A stretch of 61,132 nt of DNA from Candidatus Beckwithbacteria bacterium (GTDB taxonomy: Bacteria; Patescibacteriota; Microgenomatia; UBA1400; UBA1449), in the NCBI GenBank assembly GCA_012798485.1, contig JAAZND010000102.1, forward strand, positions 1-61,132. Reading direction: 5' to 3'. Both the position numbers and the translations under genes were made by a program. This document shows positions 36,427 through 45,333 of this stretch, piece by piece; position 1 is the first letter of the stretch; each line of letters opens with the position of its first letter. The notes below the pieces were generated by a model. That model did not search any database. It saw nothing but the letters and a program-made list of their open reading frames with translations, and was not told the DNA's origin.

Positions 36427-37425
36427 ATGAAACCAAATACAGCCATTCAAATTACCAATTTAAGTAAAAAATATATTATCTCTCATCATAAAACTGCTTA
36501 TAATACTTTGAGAGATTCCTTTGTTTCTTTCTGGAAAAATTTATTCACTCAGAAAAAAAAAGAAGAATTCCTAGCACTCAAAAATATCAATTTGGAAATT
36601 ACCCAAGGCTCTATTCTTGGTGTGATTGGAAAAAATGGAGCTGGAAAATCAACTCTTTTAAAAATCTTATCCCGTATTGTTGAGCCCACTAATGGTGAAA
36701 TAAAAATAAGGGGAAAAGTAGCTTCACTTCTCGAAGTTGGTACCGGATTTAATCCAGAACTCACAGGAAGAGAAAATATTTATTTAAACGGTTCAATTCT
36801 TGGTATGACTCGCAAAGAAATCAATGCCAAATTTTCTGATATCGTTAAATTTAGCGAAATAGAAAAATTTCTAGACACTCCAGTCAAACGCTATTCTTCT
36901 GGTATGTACGTAAGACTAGCTTTCGCTGTAGCTGCTCATCTTGATAGCGACATTCTTTTGGTGGACGAAGTTTTAGCTGTTGGCGATATTGCTTTCCAAA
37001 AAAAATCTCTCGGCAAAATGAATAAACTAGCTAAAGATGGCAGAACTGTCATTTTTGTCAGTCACAACATGGGAGCGATTCAAGATTTATGTGATCAGTG
37101 TTTGTTTTTAGAGAATGGGGAAATAAAAGCTATAGGAAAAACTGACAAGGTTATCAAACAATATTTGAACAATAAAAAAAATATTAATTTAAATTCTTCT
37201 GATTTTAAAGGTACTTTAAAAGAATTAATAAAAATAAAGGAAATAGTTATCAATGATAATAAAAATAAAGAAGAAGTAATTCTTTCGCCAAAAGAAGAAT
37301 TAGAAATTAAAATTACTTTTAGTATATTTGAAAATTTTGATAAATTTAGACTTACTTTATCAATTTTTCAAAACAGCATAAGAATTTTAACCCTTCATGA
37401 TTGCCTTAATTTTCAAAAAGTATAA
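36427..37425 (+). CDS. wzt: ABC polysaccharide exporter ATPase (second copy) carrying the first part of a C-terminal extension
   Basis: Walker A GKNGAGKST, signature YSSGM, Walker B LLVDE. About 80 aa follow the nucleotide-binding domain before the TAA at 37423-37425. Confidence 0.85.
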   Translation: MKPNTAIQITNLSKKYIISHHKTAYNTLRDSFVSFWKNLFTQKKKEEFLALKNINLEITQGSILGVIGKNGAGKSTLLKILSRIVEPTNGEIKIRGKVASLLEVGTGFNPELTGRENIYLNGSILGMTRKEINAKFSDIVKFSEIEKFLDTPVKRYSSGMYVRLAFAVAAHLDSDILLVDEVLAVGDIAFQKKSLGKMNKLAKDGRTVIFVSHNMGAIQDLCDQCLFLENGEIKAIGKTDKVIKQYLNNKKNINLNSSDFKGTLKELIKIKEIVINDNKNKEEVILSPKEELEIKITFSIFENFDKFRLTLSIFQNSIRILTLHDCLNFQKV

Positions 37426-37650
37426 AAAAATAAAATATATCAATCAACATTTAACATTCCTAAATATTTGTTAAGACCAGGAAGTTATAGTTTAGCCCTT
37501 GGAGGGCATACAGATAATAATATTCATGAGTGGTTCTGGGGAGAAAATCTTGCTTATTTTTCTATTTTAGAGCAATGGTCAGAAGAGTATCCCAAAATCA
37601 ACTTGGGAATAATTAATATAAAGAATATTGCTAAAAGAAAAGAATCATGA
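37426..37650 (+). pseudogene. Detached remainder of the Wzt C-terminal domain, in frame with 36427-37425
   Basis: Same frame as wzt with only the single TAA between them. It reads KNKIYQSTFNIPKYLLRPGSYSLALGGHT..., and its stop overlaps the next ATG (ATGA at 37647-37650). Confidence 0.5.
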
Positions 37651-38504
37651 TCAAAATTATCTTCACTCAAATTATAAAAACCTTAAACAAAGTTTATATA
37701 AAATTATTTGGTATTCAATCTTTATTTAAGTTATTTGACCAGATTAGCACAAACAACAAGTTTAATCCCTTAGTTGGCTATTATAAAAATATCGGAATTC
37801 TTAATTCAGGAAATATTTATCAGACTGGAGAATCGTTTTTTATTGAAAAAATAGTTAATCGATATTTATCAAAAAATAACTTAGTTTTTTTTGATGTTGG
37901 AGCTAATATTGGTGATTATAGTTTATTCCTAAACCAGATTTACCCACAAGCTCAAATTCACGCTTTTGAACCCAATCCTAACGCTTTTAAAAAATTATCT
38001 GAAAAAACTAAAATAGTAAAAAATATTATCGCTAATAATTATGGATTAGGAGAAGAAAAAAAACAAATAAAGCTATATAGCTATAAAAAAATGAAAAATA
38101 CCCAGTTAGGAACTTGTAAAAAAGATATTCTAAACAATTTATTTGATGTTAAAGATCAAATTATAAGTCATAAAATTAATATCCAAACTCTTGATTATTA
38201 TTGTAATGAAAGAAAAATTGAGAAAATTGATTTACTTAAAATTGATGTTGAAGGTTACGAATTAGCCGTTTTAAAAGGTGCGAAAAAAATTTTACCCAAA
38301 ACCAGAATAATTCAATTTGAGTTTAATGAATATAATATTTTTTATAAAATTTTTCTTAAAGATTTCTATGATTTACTCTACCCTCAATTTCAATTATTTC
38401 GTTTAGATCTAAAAAGGCTTATCCCTCTTGGGGGATATCAGACTATCAATGAAATTTTCAAGTTTCAAAATATTATTGCTATCAATCAACCAAAATATGA
38501 TTAA
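37647..38504 (+). CDS. FkbM-family methyltransferase
   Basis: FFDVGANIGDYSLFL, HAFEPNPNAFKKL, LLKIDVEGYELAVLKG. Confidence 0.75.
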   Translation: MIKIIFTQIIKTLNKVYIKLFGIQSLFKLFDQISTNNKFNPLVGYYKNIGILNSGNIYQTGESFFIEKIVNRYLSKNNLVFFDVGANIGDYSLFLNQIYPQAQIHAFEPNPNAFKKLSEKTKIVKNIIANNYGLGEEKKQIKLYSYKKMKNTQLGTCKKDILNNLFDVKDQIISHKINIQTLDYYCNERKIEKIDLLKIDVEGYELAVLKGAKKILPKTRIIQFEFNEYNIFYKIFLKDFYDLLYPQFQLFRLDLKRLIPLGGYQTINEIFKFQNIIAINQPKYD

Positions 38505-39153
38505 TTTCGAAAAAATAATTAATAAAGAAAAAAAAGCAGAGTTAATAAGACTAAAAAAATTCGTCAGCGAACAAAAAGTTGTTAAAATCCAGTTTGGTTG
38601 TGGGCCTAGAATTTTAAAAAAATGGATTAATATTGATTTACATTATTGTCATTATCAGAATTATCTAAAGTATTATACTGATAAATATTATCCTCCTGAA
38701 ATTAGAGGAGACAAAAATGATTTCTTTACTTTTGATATTACCAAAGCCAAACTGCCACTTAAAGATAATTCAGTTGATTTAATTTTTCATGAAGATTTTC
38801 TTGAACATCTCAATCAAAAACAGCAAATTATCTTTCTAGCTGAAACTTATCGCGTGTTAAAAAAAAATCATGTCCACCGAATCAACACCCCAAACTTATT
38901 AATATCTATGAAACAAAATTCACATTTTAAAAAAGGGATTGCTGGTGTTTTTCAAAATGAATGGGACAAAAATCATCACCTTAATGTTTTAACTCCAAAA
39001 ACACTCCAGGAATTGTCTGAACTAATAGGTTATTCACAAATAATCTTTCAAAAAAGAAATCTGAGTGTGTCTAAATTAATTCCTTTAGAATACAGACCTG
39101 ATCCCAAAGATAGACCAGAAAATGGCAATATTTTTGCAGATCTTATCAAATGA
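38497..39153 (+). CDS. Class I SAM methyltransferase (intact paralogue of 34893-35599)
   Basis: QFGCGPRILKKWINIDL, DNSVDLIFHEDFLEHL, YRVLKKN. ATG 38497 overlaps the upstream stop; the track start 38428 is TTG. Confidence 0.65.
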   Translation: MINFEKIINKEKKAELIRLKKFVSEQKVVKIQFGCGPRILKKWINIDLHYCHYQNYLKYYTDKYYPPEIRGDKNDFFTFDITKAKLPLKDNSVDLIFHEDFLEHLNQKQQIIFLAETYRVLKKNHVHRINTPNLLISMKQNSHFKKGIAGVFQNEWDKNHHLNVLTPKTLQELSELIGYSQIIFQKRNLSVSKLIPLEYRPDPKDRPENGNIFADLIK

Positions 39154-40013
39154 AAATTTACATTTTACCAATAAATAAAATCTTTCAGCCAGAAAAAAGC
39201 CAAATTATCTACCCTTCTTATAATCAAGATTACGGAGTTGAACAAGATTTTCTTGCCTTTCTTATCAAAAATTCCCAATTTCTAACAGAAAATCAGAAGC
39301 AAGCAAATTGGCATTATCTGCCAATTTTTTGGACTAGATACTTCTTAAATAATAATTATAGTAAAAATAATCTAGATATCTTAAAAACTGAATGTCAGCA
39401 AAAAATTATCGATGATAAAAAAACTTTTACCATTTGTCAATATGATGATGGTCCATTGGTAGCTTTAGGTAAAACCAGAATCTTTCTCTCAGCTCGAAAA
39501 ACGGAAAAAGGTAATGACATTCCTCTTTTAGCTAAAAAAATTTACCCTCCTTTTCCTTATTATTTCCCCAAAAAATACCTTGCCTCTTTTGTCGGAAGAA
39601 TTAATACTCATCCAATTCGAAAAAAAATGACAGAAAGTATAAAAAATAAAAATATTAAAATAATTGATCAAAATTTAAAATTTTCCAAATATAAAAAAAT
39701 ATTATTACAATCTTATATTTCTCTTTGTCCTAGGGGTTATGGTGGCAATTCTTTCAGATTTTATGAATCTATGCAGCTTGGAGTTGTGCCTTTACTCATT
39801 TCCGATATAGACAATCGACCATTTAAAAATTATATTGGTTGGGATCAGTGTAGTCTTTTTTTTTCAAGCAGTAGGATCGAAAATATTAATCAATTTTTAG
39901 AAAAGCAGGATTTAACAAAAATGATACAAATGGGTAAACAAGCAAAAAAAATATATAAACATAAATTGGAATATCAGAAATGGTGTCAATTATTAATAAA
40001 TGAATTAGAATAA
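39150..40013 (+). CDS. Exostosin-like (GT47-type) glycosyltransferase
   Basis: LASFVGRINTHPIRKKM and CPRGYGGNSFRFYESMQLGVVPLLISD resemble the exostosin C-terminal domain. Confidence 0.45.
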   Translation: MKIYILPINKIFQPEKSQIIYPSYNQDYGVEQDFLAFLIKNSQFLTENQKQANWHYLPIFWTRYFLNNNYSKNNLDILKTECQQKIIDDKKTFTICQYDDGPLVALGKTRIFLSARKTEKGNDIPLLAKKIYPPFPYYFPKKYLASFVGRINTHPIRKKMTESIKNKNIKIIDQNLKFSKYKKILLQSYISLCPRGYGGNSFRFYESMQLGVVPLLISDIDNRPFKNYIGWDQCSLFFSSSRIENINQFLEKQDLTKMIQMGKQAKKIYKHKLEYQKWCQLLINELE

Positions 40014-40017
40014 ACCA

Positions 40018-40839
40018 ATGTCAATTCAAAATATTTCTTTTATTATTCCGGCTTATAACTCAAGCAACACAATTAAAGAGGCAATTGACTCCATTTTAAA
40101 TCAAAATTTTTCTAAAGGTGATGAAATTATTATTGTAAATGATGGATCAATTGATCAAACTAAAAAGATCTTAAACAAACTAAAAAAAATGAATAAATAT
40201 CACAACAATCTTATTATTATTAATCATGATAAAAATTATGGTGGAGGCAAAGCCAGAAATACTGCAGTTAAAAATAGCAAAAATGATTTAATTTTTTGTC
40301 TCGATGCTGATAATATTTTATTACCAAAAACTATCAAACCCTTAAAAAATAAACTATTTAAAGAAAAAACAGATATAGCAGCTTTTGAAAAAATCGATTT
40401 TTTTCTTATTAAAAAATTCTTTAAAATTTTCAAATATAAAAAGATCACTCATCAATGGAAGTTTAAATTTAATAAAAATTATAAATTAAAAGATTATTTT
40501 AATAATAAAATTAATCCTGGATCAAGTGGCAATTATCTTTTTACTAAACAAAGTTGGCAAAAAACTGGAGGTTATCCAGAAGATTCTGGTGCCTTAGATA
40601 CCTGGGGTTTTGGTTTTAGACAAATGGCACATAATTGCCGTTTATGCCTTTTAAGAAATTATTCTTATTTACACCGCTATGGTTATAAATCGTATTGGAT
40701 AAGAGATAGTCAAAACAAAAATTTATCTAAAGAAGCTTTTAAATTTGTAAGGCCTTATCTAAACTTAATTGATGATAAAACTAAAAATCACATCAAAAAA
40801 AATCCCGAAACTTGGTTTAATGATTATTACAAAATTTAA
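40018..40839 (+). CDS. GT2 glycosyltransferase
   Basis: ISFIIPAYNSSNTIKEAIDSILNQ, IIIVNDGSIDQT, CLDADN. Confidence 0.7.
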   Translation: MSIQNISFIIPAYNSSNTIKEAIDSILNQNFSKGDEIIIVNDGSIDQTKKILNKLKKMNKYHNNLIIINHDKNYGGGKARNTAVKNSKNDLIFCLDADNILLPKTIKPLKNKLFKEKTDIAAFEKIDFFLIKKFFKIFKYKKITHQWKFKFNKNYKLKDYFNNKINPGSSGNYLFTKQSWQKTGGYPEDSGALDTWGFGFRQMAHNCRLCLLRNYSYLHRYGYKSYWIRDSQNKNLSKEAFKFVRPYLNLIDDKTKNHIKKNPETWFNDYYKI

Positions 40840-40843
40840 AAAT

Positions 40844-41575
40844 ATGAAGCTAAAACAAATAATTTACTACTTGATTTTTATGTTTAGAAATTGGTTTTTA
40901 TATCTATTTAATTTTTATCGCTTTAATAAATTAAACAATCATCGTTTTAGTTTAAAATGGAGTGATCGCTATCCCTGCATTAAAGATGCAACTGCCAATA
41001 CTAATTTTGACCGGCATTATGTTTACCACACAGCTTGGGCTATAAGGAAACTTAAAGAGATAAAACCTAAAAAACATATTGATATTGCTTCATCTTTATA
41101 CTTCCCAGCACTGGCTTCTGCTTTTATTCCGATAGAATTTTATGATTACCGTCCAGCAAAAATAGAACTGTCTGGTCTTAAATCCAAAAAAGGTGATTTG
41201 CTAAATTTACCCTTTAAGAATGAATCAGTTGAATCCTTATCTTGTATGCATACGATTGAACACGTCGGGCTTGGCAGATATGGAGATAAACTTGATCCAG
41301 ATGGAGATCTCAAAGCAATTGCTGAACTTAAAAGAGTTATTGAAAAAAACGGAAGTCTTCTTTTTGTCGTTCCCATTGGTAAAAAAGCTAAAATTATGTA
41401 TAACGCTCATAGGATTTACACTGTTAAACAAATTAAAAGTTATTTTACTGATTTAAAGCTAAAAGAGTTTTGTCTTATTTCCGAAGATCCAAAATTAGGA
41501 ATAATCAAAAATCCAGATAAAAAACTGCTCAAAAAGCAAACGTATGCTTGCGGCTGTTTTTGGTTTGTCAAATGA
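40844..41575 (+). CDS. Class I methyltransferase-like protein (resembles the DUF268 type)
   Basis: LSCMHTIEHVGLGRYGDKLDPDGD, NGSLLFVVPIG. ATG 40844 lies 5 nt after the upstream stop. Confidence 0.45.
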   Translation: MKLKQIIYYLIFMFRNWFLYLFNFYRFNKLNNHRFSLKWSDRYPCIKDATANTNFDRHYVYHTAWAIRKLKEIKPKKHIDIASSLYFPALASAFIPIEFYDYRPAKIELSGLKSKKGDLLNLPFKNESVESLSCMHTIEHVGLGRYGDKLDPDGDLKAIAELKRVIEKNGSLLFVVPIGKKAKIMYNAHRIYTVKQIKSYFTDLKLKEFCLISEDPKLGIIKNPDKKLLKKQTYACGCFWFVK

Positions 41576-42453
41576 AAACTAAATTAAATAAAAAATTTCA
41601 AGATAAATTATGCTGCCCCATTTGTCTGTCAAATTTAGAATATAAAAGTAATTTTAGTTGTCCAAACTGCGGTGCTAAATTTTTTCAAAAAAATAATATT
41701 TGGGATTTTCGTCTCAATCCTCCAAAATGTGCTTATAGTTTGGATAGAAAATTTTGGCAACATGGACAAGAGAATTACGAATATTTTTCTCAAAAATGGA
41801 GATCTCAGGATAACTTTGATAATTATCTAAGTGAACTAAGAGGAGTCAGAGAAATATATGAAGAAGTTTTTAAACTTGAAGGAGAAATACTTGATATTGG
41901 AGGTAATTGTGGAACCTTAAGATATTTTCTAAAAAAAAAAGAAAAATATCTTAGCGTTGATCCTTATTTAAATGCTTTCGAAAATCTTGGTCCAAATTAT
42001 AAGAAAGTCTATCCATGTTTAAACGAATCTTGCAATTTTTTAACTTGTTTCGGCGAATTTCTACCTTTCAAAAATAAAAGTTTTGACTGGATTCATCTTC
42101 GTTCAGTCTTGGATCACTTTTTTGACCCATATTTAGTGATGAAACAAAGTTACAGAGTTTTAAAAAATAATGGCAAAGTTCTTATTGGTATCAATACCAA
42201 TGCTAAACCAGTTTTAAAAATAGACGAAGTGAGTTTAAATAAAAAAGAACAAGTTCAGGCTATAGGTAAATTTTTTATTAATTTTTTAAAACCTATTGCA
42301 ACTGTTAAATTTGCAATCAAAGATCATCATACTTTTTCTTGGTCATTAGATGATCTCAAAATTTTAATCAAAAGCACTGGTTTTAAAATTGAAAAAATTC
42401 ATTGGCAAAAAAGTAATCCCAGTTGCGCCTATATTAGTTTAATAAAAGGATAA
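41572..42453 (+). CDS. SAM methyltransferase with an N-terminal Trm112-like zinc ribbon
   Basis: CCPICLSNLEY...CPNCGAKF, then ILDIGGNCGTL and LKNNGKVLI. ATGA overlap with the upstream gene. Confidence 0.65.
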   Translation: MKTKLNKKFQDKLCCPICLSNLEYKSNFSCPNCGAKFFQKNNIWDFRLNPPKCAYSLDRKFWQHGQENYEYFSQKWRSQDNFDNYLSELRGVREIYEEVFKLEGEILDIGGNCGTLRYFLKKKEKYLSVDPYLNAFENLGPNYKKVYPCLNESCNFLTCFGEFLPFKNKSFDWIHLRSVLDHFFDPYLVMKQSYRVLKNNGKVLIGINTNAKPVLKIDEVSLNKKEQVQAIGKFFINFLKPIATVKFAIKDHHTFSWSLDDLKILIKSTGFKIEKIHWQKSNPSCAYISLIKG

Positions 42454-42456
42454 TTT

Positions 42457-43161
42457 ATGACAATAATAAAAGACAAAAACTCATATACAAGAAATCAATG
42501 GCTAAAAAAAACTTTAGCTAAAATCCCAAAAAACCACAAAATTCTTGATGCAGGAGCAGGGCAATTACAGTTTAAAAAATATTGTAAACACTTAAAATAT
42601 ACTTCTCAGGATTTTGGAGAATATGATGGTAAAGGCGATAATAAAGGACTACAAACAAAAACTTGGGATAATTCCAAAATTGATATTAAATCAGATATTA
42701 TTAAAATTCCTGTTCAAGATAAGTCTTTTGACGTCATTATGTGCACCGAAGTTTTGGAACATTTACCAGAACCTATAAAAGCCATAAAAGAATTTTCTAG
42801 AATTTTAAAATCAAATGGAAAATTAATTATCACAGCTCCTTTTTGCTCTCTTACACATTTTACTCCATATTATTTTTATAATGGTTTTAGTAAATATTGG
42901 TATGAAAAAATTTTACCCCAAAATGGTTTTATTATAGAAGAAGTTTCTTTTAATGGAAATTTTTTTGATTATCTTTCTCAAGAAATATGTAGAATTCCCT
43001 ATATGGCCTCAAAATACAGTAAAATCAATATAATTCAAAATATTTTTTATAGATTAGTTAATTTTATTTTGCTTAAAATACTTAATAATTTATCAAAAAA
43101 TAGTAAAAATTCTGAAGAAATGCTTTGCTTTGGTTTACATATTTTAGCAACTAAAAAATAA
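42457..43161 (+). CDS. Class I SAM methyltransferase
   Basis: ILDAGAGQLQF, FDVIMCTEVLEHLPEP, LKSNGKLIITAP. Confidence 0.7.
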   Translation: MTIIKDKNSYTRNQWLKKTLAKIPKNHKILDAGAGQLQFKKYCKHLKYTSQDFGEYDGKGDNKGLQTKTWDNSKIDIKSDIIKIPVQDKSFDVIMCTEVLEHLPEPIKAIKEFSRILKSNGKLIITAPFCSLTHFTPYYFYNGFSKYWYEKILPQNGFIIEEVSFNGNFFDYLSQEICRIPYMASKYSKINIIQNIFYRLVNFILLKILNNLSKNSKNSEEMLCFGLHILATKK

Positions 43162-43167
43162 ATATTT

Positions 43168-44055
43168 ATGATTATTTCAAAACTTTCCGGCGGATTAGGT
43201 AATCAAATGTTTCAATATGCAGCTGGTAGAGCTTTGGCTAAAAGGCTTAAAACTGATTTTAAAATCGATAATAATTTCTATAAACATCAACCCGTAAATA
43301 TCACCCATAGAAAATATGAACTAGAGTGTTTCAAGCTTAAAGCTGAAATCGCCAGTGATCAAGAAATTAGAAAGCTTAATTATTTTCATTTTAAAAATCA
43401 AAACAGATTGCTAAATGTTCTTCATTACCATCTCGCTCCGGTTTTTGAAAAAAATTATCTACAGGAAAAAAATCCTCACAATTTAGACGAAAAATTTTTT
43501 AAAACAAAAAAGAAAAATTTATATTTACAAGGATCTTGGCAAAGTGAAAAATATTTCAAAAATATTGAAAACATAATTCGTAAAGATTTTGATTTTAAAA
43601 ATAAAGTAAATCAGCATGCTAATAAAATTTTAAATAAAATAAAAAGTACTAATTCGATCTCTTTGCACGTTAGAAGAACTGATTATATTAGCAATACAAA
43701 CACTAATAAAATTCACGGAGTCTGTTCTATTGAATATTATAAACAGGCAATAAATCTAATTATTAAAGAAACTAAAGATCCTATTTTTTTTATTTTCTCT
43801 GATGATATTTCTTGGTGTAAACAAAATTTGCAATTAAATTACTCTCATTTTTATATTGAAAACAATAAGAATTGGGAAGATTTAAAACTAATGTCAAACT
43901 GTAAACATAATATTATTGCCAACAGCTCTTTTAGTTGGTGGGGAGCGTGGCTTAATCAAAATAAAGAAAAAATTATTTATGCACCCCAAAAATGGTTCAA
44001 TCTTGATAAATTAGATATAAAAGATAGAATTCCGGAAAAATGGTATTTAATATGA
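43168..44055 (+). CDS. GT11 alpha-1,2-fucosyltransferase-like glycosyltransferase
   Basis: GGLGNQMFQYAAGRALAKRL N-terminus, SLHVRRTDY, ANSSFSWWGAWLN. Confidence 0.8.
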   Translation: MIISKLSGGLGNQMFQYAAGRALAKRLKTDFKIDNNFYKHQPVNITHRKYELECFKLKAEIASDQEIRKLNYFHFKNQNRLLNVLHYHLAPVFEKNYLQEKNPHNLDEKFFKTKKKNLYLQGSWQSEKYFKNIENIIRKDFDFKNKVNQHANKILNKIKSTNSISLHVRRTDYISNTNTNKIHGVCSIEYYKQAINLIIKETKDPIFFIFSDDISWCKQNLQLNYSHFYIENNKNWEDLKLMSNCKHNIIANSSFSWWGAWLNQNKEKIIYAPQKWFNLDKLDIKDRIPEKWYLI

Positions 44056-45332
44056 AAATCAAACCAAAAAATATTTATCTTAAACTCAAAGAAATCATAA
44101 TCAAAAAAAAGCTTGTTGATCTTGAAAAAAGCCAATACTGGACCATAAATGAACTTAAGAACTTTCAAAATGAAAGACTAAAAAAAATTATTAATTATGC
44201 TTATAAAAATATTAAAGGCTATAGAGATAAATTTAATCAAGTTAAAATAAAACCTAATGACATCAATTCAAGTAATGATTTATACAAGATTCCAATTCTA
44301 ACTAGAGAAGAAATTCAAGAAAATCCAGCTTTTATTAATCCGAAATTAATACATACAACTTTGTATACTGGTGGATCTACAGGAAAATCTTTGATTTATT
44401 ATGATGATCAACAAGCTGGTATTATGAGATGGAATTGCCATTATCGAGGTTGGAAATATCAAGGATATAATGTTTCCAAAAAACTGGCAGTTATTTCTGC
44501 TGCCAAAAAAATATCAATTAATCATAAAATCTTAACTTTAAACGGACAACTCGAAGATAAATATCTTAGGCAAAATATAGAAGCTATAGTTAAATTTAGG
44601 CCTGAATTTTTACGAGGCTACGTAGGTTCAATCTATATCTTGGGAAAATATATCTTAGAAAAAAATATTAAAATTGATTTTATTAAAGCTATTGATCCAG
44701 TCTCTGAAAATTTATATGAGTATCAAAAAAAAATTATGCAAAAAGCTTTTAACGCTCCGGTTTTTGAAGAATACTGTTGTAATGACGGAGGTGCATGTGC
44801 TTGGGAATGTGAAAAACACCAAGGTCTTCACTGGGCCATGGAAAGAGCTATTATTGAAGAAAAAAATGGAGAAATGATCACAACGGACCTTTGGAATAAA
44901 GCTATGCCATTTATTAGATATAAAAATGGAGACAAAGTCAAATTTTTAAAAAACAAATGCTGCTGTGGCAGAACTTTACCATTGATAAAAGTGAAAGGCA
45001 GAGACAATGATATCATTATAGCTCCAAAAGGACCGATTGGAGCCACTTTTCTTATGTATCATGGAATTGGTTATGGAGATAAAAATTCATTTAGAACAGG
45101 AATTAGAATAGTTCAATATGTTCAAGAAAAAAATTATCAACTCAATGTCAATATTGTTAAAAGTGCCAATTGTACTCAAAAACAAATAGATGGATTTAAA
45201 AAAGCTGTCAAAACAACTTGCCATCAAATGAAAATTAAATTTAATTTTATTAAAGACATTAAAGGCACTAAAATAGGCAAAAGACAATTTATTATAAATA
45301 ATGACCATAAATTACTTGAAAAATGGAAATAA
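44052..45332 (+). CDS. Adenylate-forming enzyme of the PaaK/CapK (phenylacetate-CoA ligase-like) family
   Basis: About 426 aa. P-loop-like YTGGSTGKS, with overall length and layout as in CapK-type proteins. ATGA overlap with the GT11 stop. Confidence 0.55.
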   Translation: MKIKPKNIYLKLKEIIIKKKLVDLEKSQYWTINELKNFQNERLKKIINYAYKNIKGYRDKFNQVKIKPNDINSSNDLYKIPILTREEIQENPAFINPKLIHTTLYTGGSTGKSLIYYDDQQAGIMRWNCHYRGWKYQGYNVSKKLAVISAAKKISINHKILTLNGQLEDKYLRQNIEAIVKFRPEFLRGYVGSIYILGKYILEKNIKIDFIKAIDPVSENLYEYQKKIMQKAFNAPVFEEYCCNDGGACAWECEKHQGLHWAMERAIIEEKNGEMITTDLWNKAMPFIRYKNGDKVKFLKNKCCCGRTLPLIKVKGRDNDIIIAPKGPIGATFLMYHGIGYGDKNSFRTGIRIVQYVQEKNYQLNVNIVKSANCTQKQIDGFKKAVKTTCHQMKIKFNFIKDIKGTKIGKRQFIINNDHKLLEKWK

Positions 45333-45333
45333 T

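Noticed and set aside
16456-37425. The two in-frame TAA codons (16456-16458 and 37423-37425) might indicate stop-codon reassignment or an alternative genetic code.
   Set aside because: TAA is the terminating codon of most well-delimited genes in the window, including rfbF, rfbG, hsp20 and the HD gene. TGA and TAG also terminate genes at positions matching homologue lengths, and Trp is encoded by TGG. The standard bacterial code fits. Nonsense mutation or a consensus error is more parsimonious.
34893-39153. Direct repeats formed by the two methyltransferase paralogues considered as the ends of a mobile element or composite transposon carrying wzm/wzt.
   Set aside because: The repeats are diverged coding sequences (clearly similar at protein level, many nucleotide differences), not near-identical IS copies. 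No transposase or terminal inverted repeats are present.
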